This document shows, in pieces, positions 63,979 to 64,000 of a stretch of DNA of 64,000 bases (position 1 is the stretch's first letter; every line of letters begins with the position of its first letter). The notes under the pieces were generated by a model that was not told the DNA's origin, made no database searches, and saw only the letters and a program-made list of their open reading frames with translations. Location: NCBI GenBank assembly GCA_020184695.1, contig JAANOX010000150.1, forward strand, positions 1 through 64,000. Reading direction: 5' to 3'. A program made the position numbers and the translations under genes. Source of the stretch: Histomonas meleagridis 2922-C6/04-290x (taxonomy: Eukaryota > Protista > Parabasalia).

Positions 63979-64000
63979 CATAAAAATTCTTTTTAAACTC

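Noticed and set aside
63077-64000. CRISPR-like repeat-spacer array
   Set aside because: The recurring units are diverged, in-frame ankyrin coding sequence of 90 nt, not identical 25-45-bp repeats; eukaryotic context and no cas genes.
1-64000. tRNA, rRNA, snRNA genes and transposases
   Set aside because: No T-loop/cloverleaf, rRNA or U-snRNA signature and no transposase/RT motif recognised by eye; tRNAscan/Infernal were not run.

Overview
This is AT-rich, gene-dense eukaryotic DNA, most consistent with a parabasalid protist (Tritrichomonas/Histomonas/Trichomonas-like). That assignment is inferred from the BspA-type LRR surface protein, DUF3447/ankyrin family genes, many divergent Rabs, very short intergenic regions, Inr/M3/M5-like promoter motifs and frequent TAAA stop-codon contexts. 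About 35 coding loci are present. They include a divergent H2A/H2B pair, RPS16, 14-3-3, TKL/AGC/DYRK kinases, Cdc6-like, GBP-like, importin-beta-like, PARP, TrxR, class II HMGR, PDI-like, alpha-actinin (broken), a UBR E3 ligase and E2F. No rRNA, tRNA, CRISPR array or transposase was recognised. The most striking unexplained structure is at two unlinked ankyrin loci (35.3-38.4 kb and 63.1-64 kb, minus strand). There, stop-free 90-nt single-repeat ankyrin cassettes are separated, always at the same point in the repeat, by AT-rich spacers. The spacers are built from degenerate 20-nt units (lengths 40, 406, 383, 440, 240 and 80, 63, 80, 80, 80 nt) and lack GT-AG/AT-AC boundaries. They contain stops and/or shift the frame, except the in-frame 63-nt one. 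All counts were made by hand and should be recomputed.
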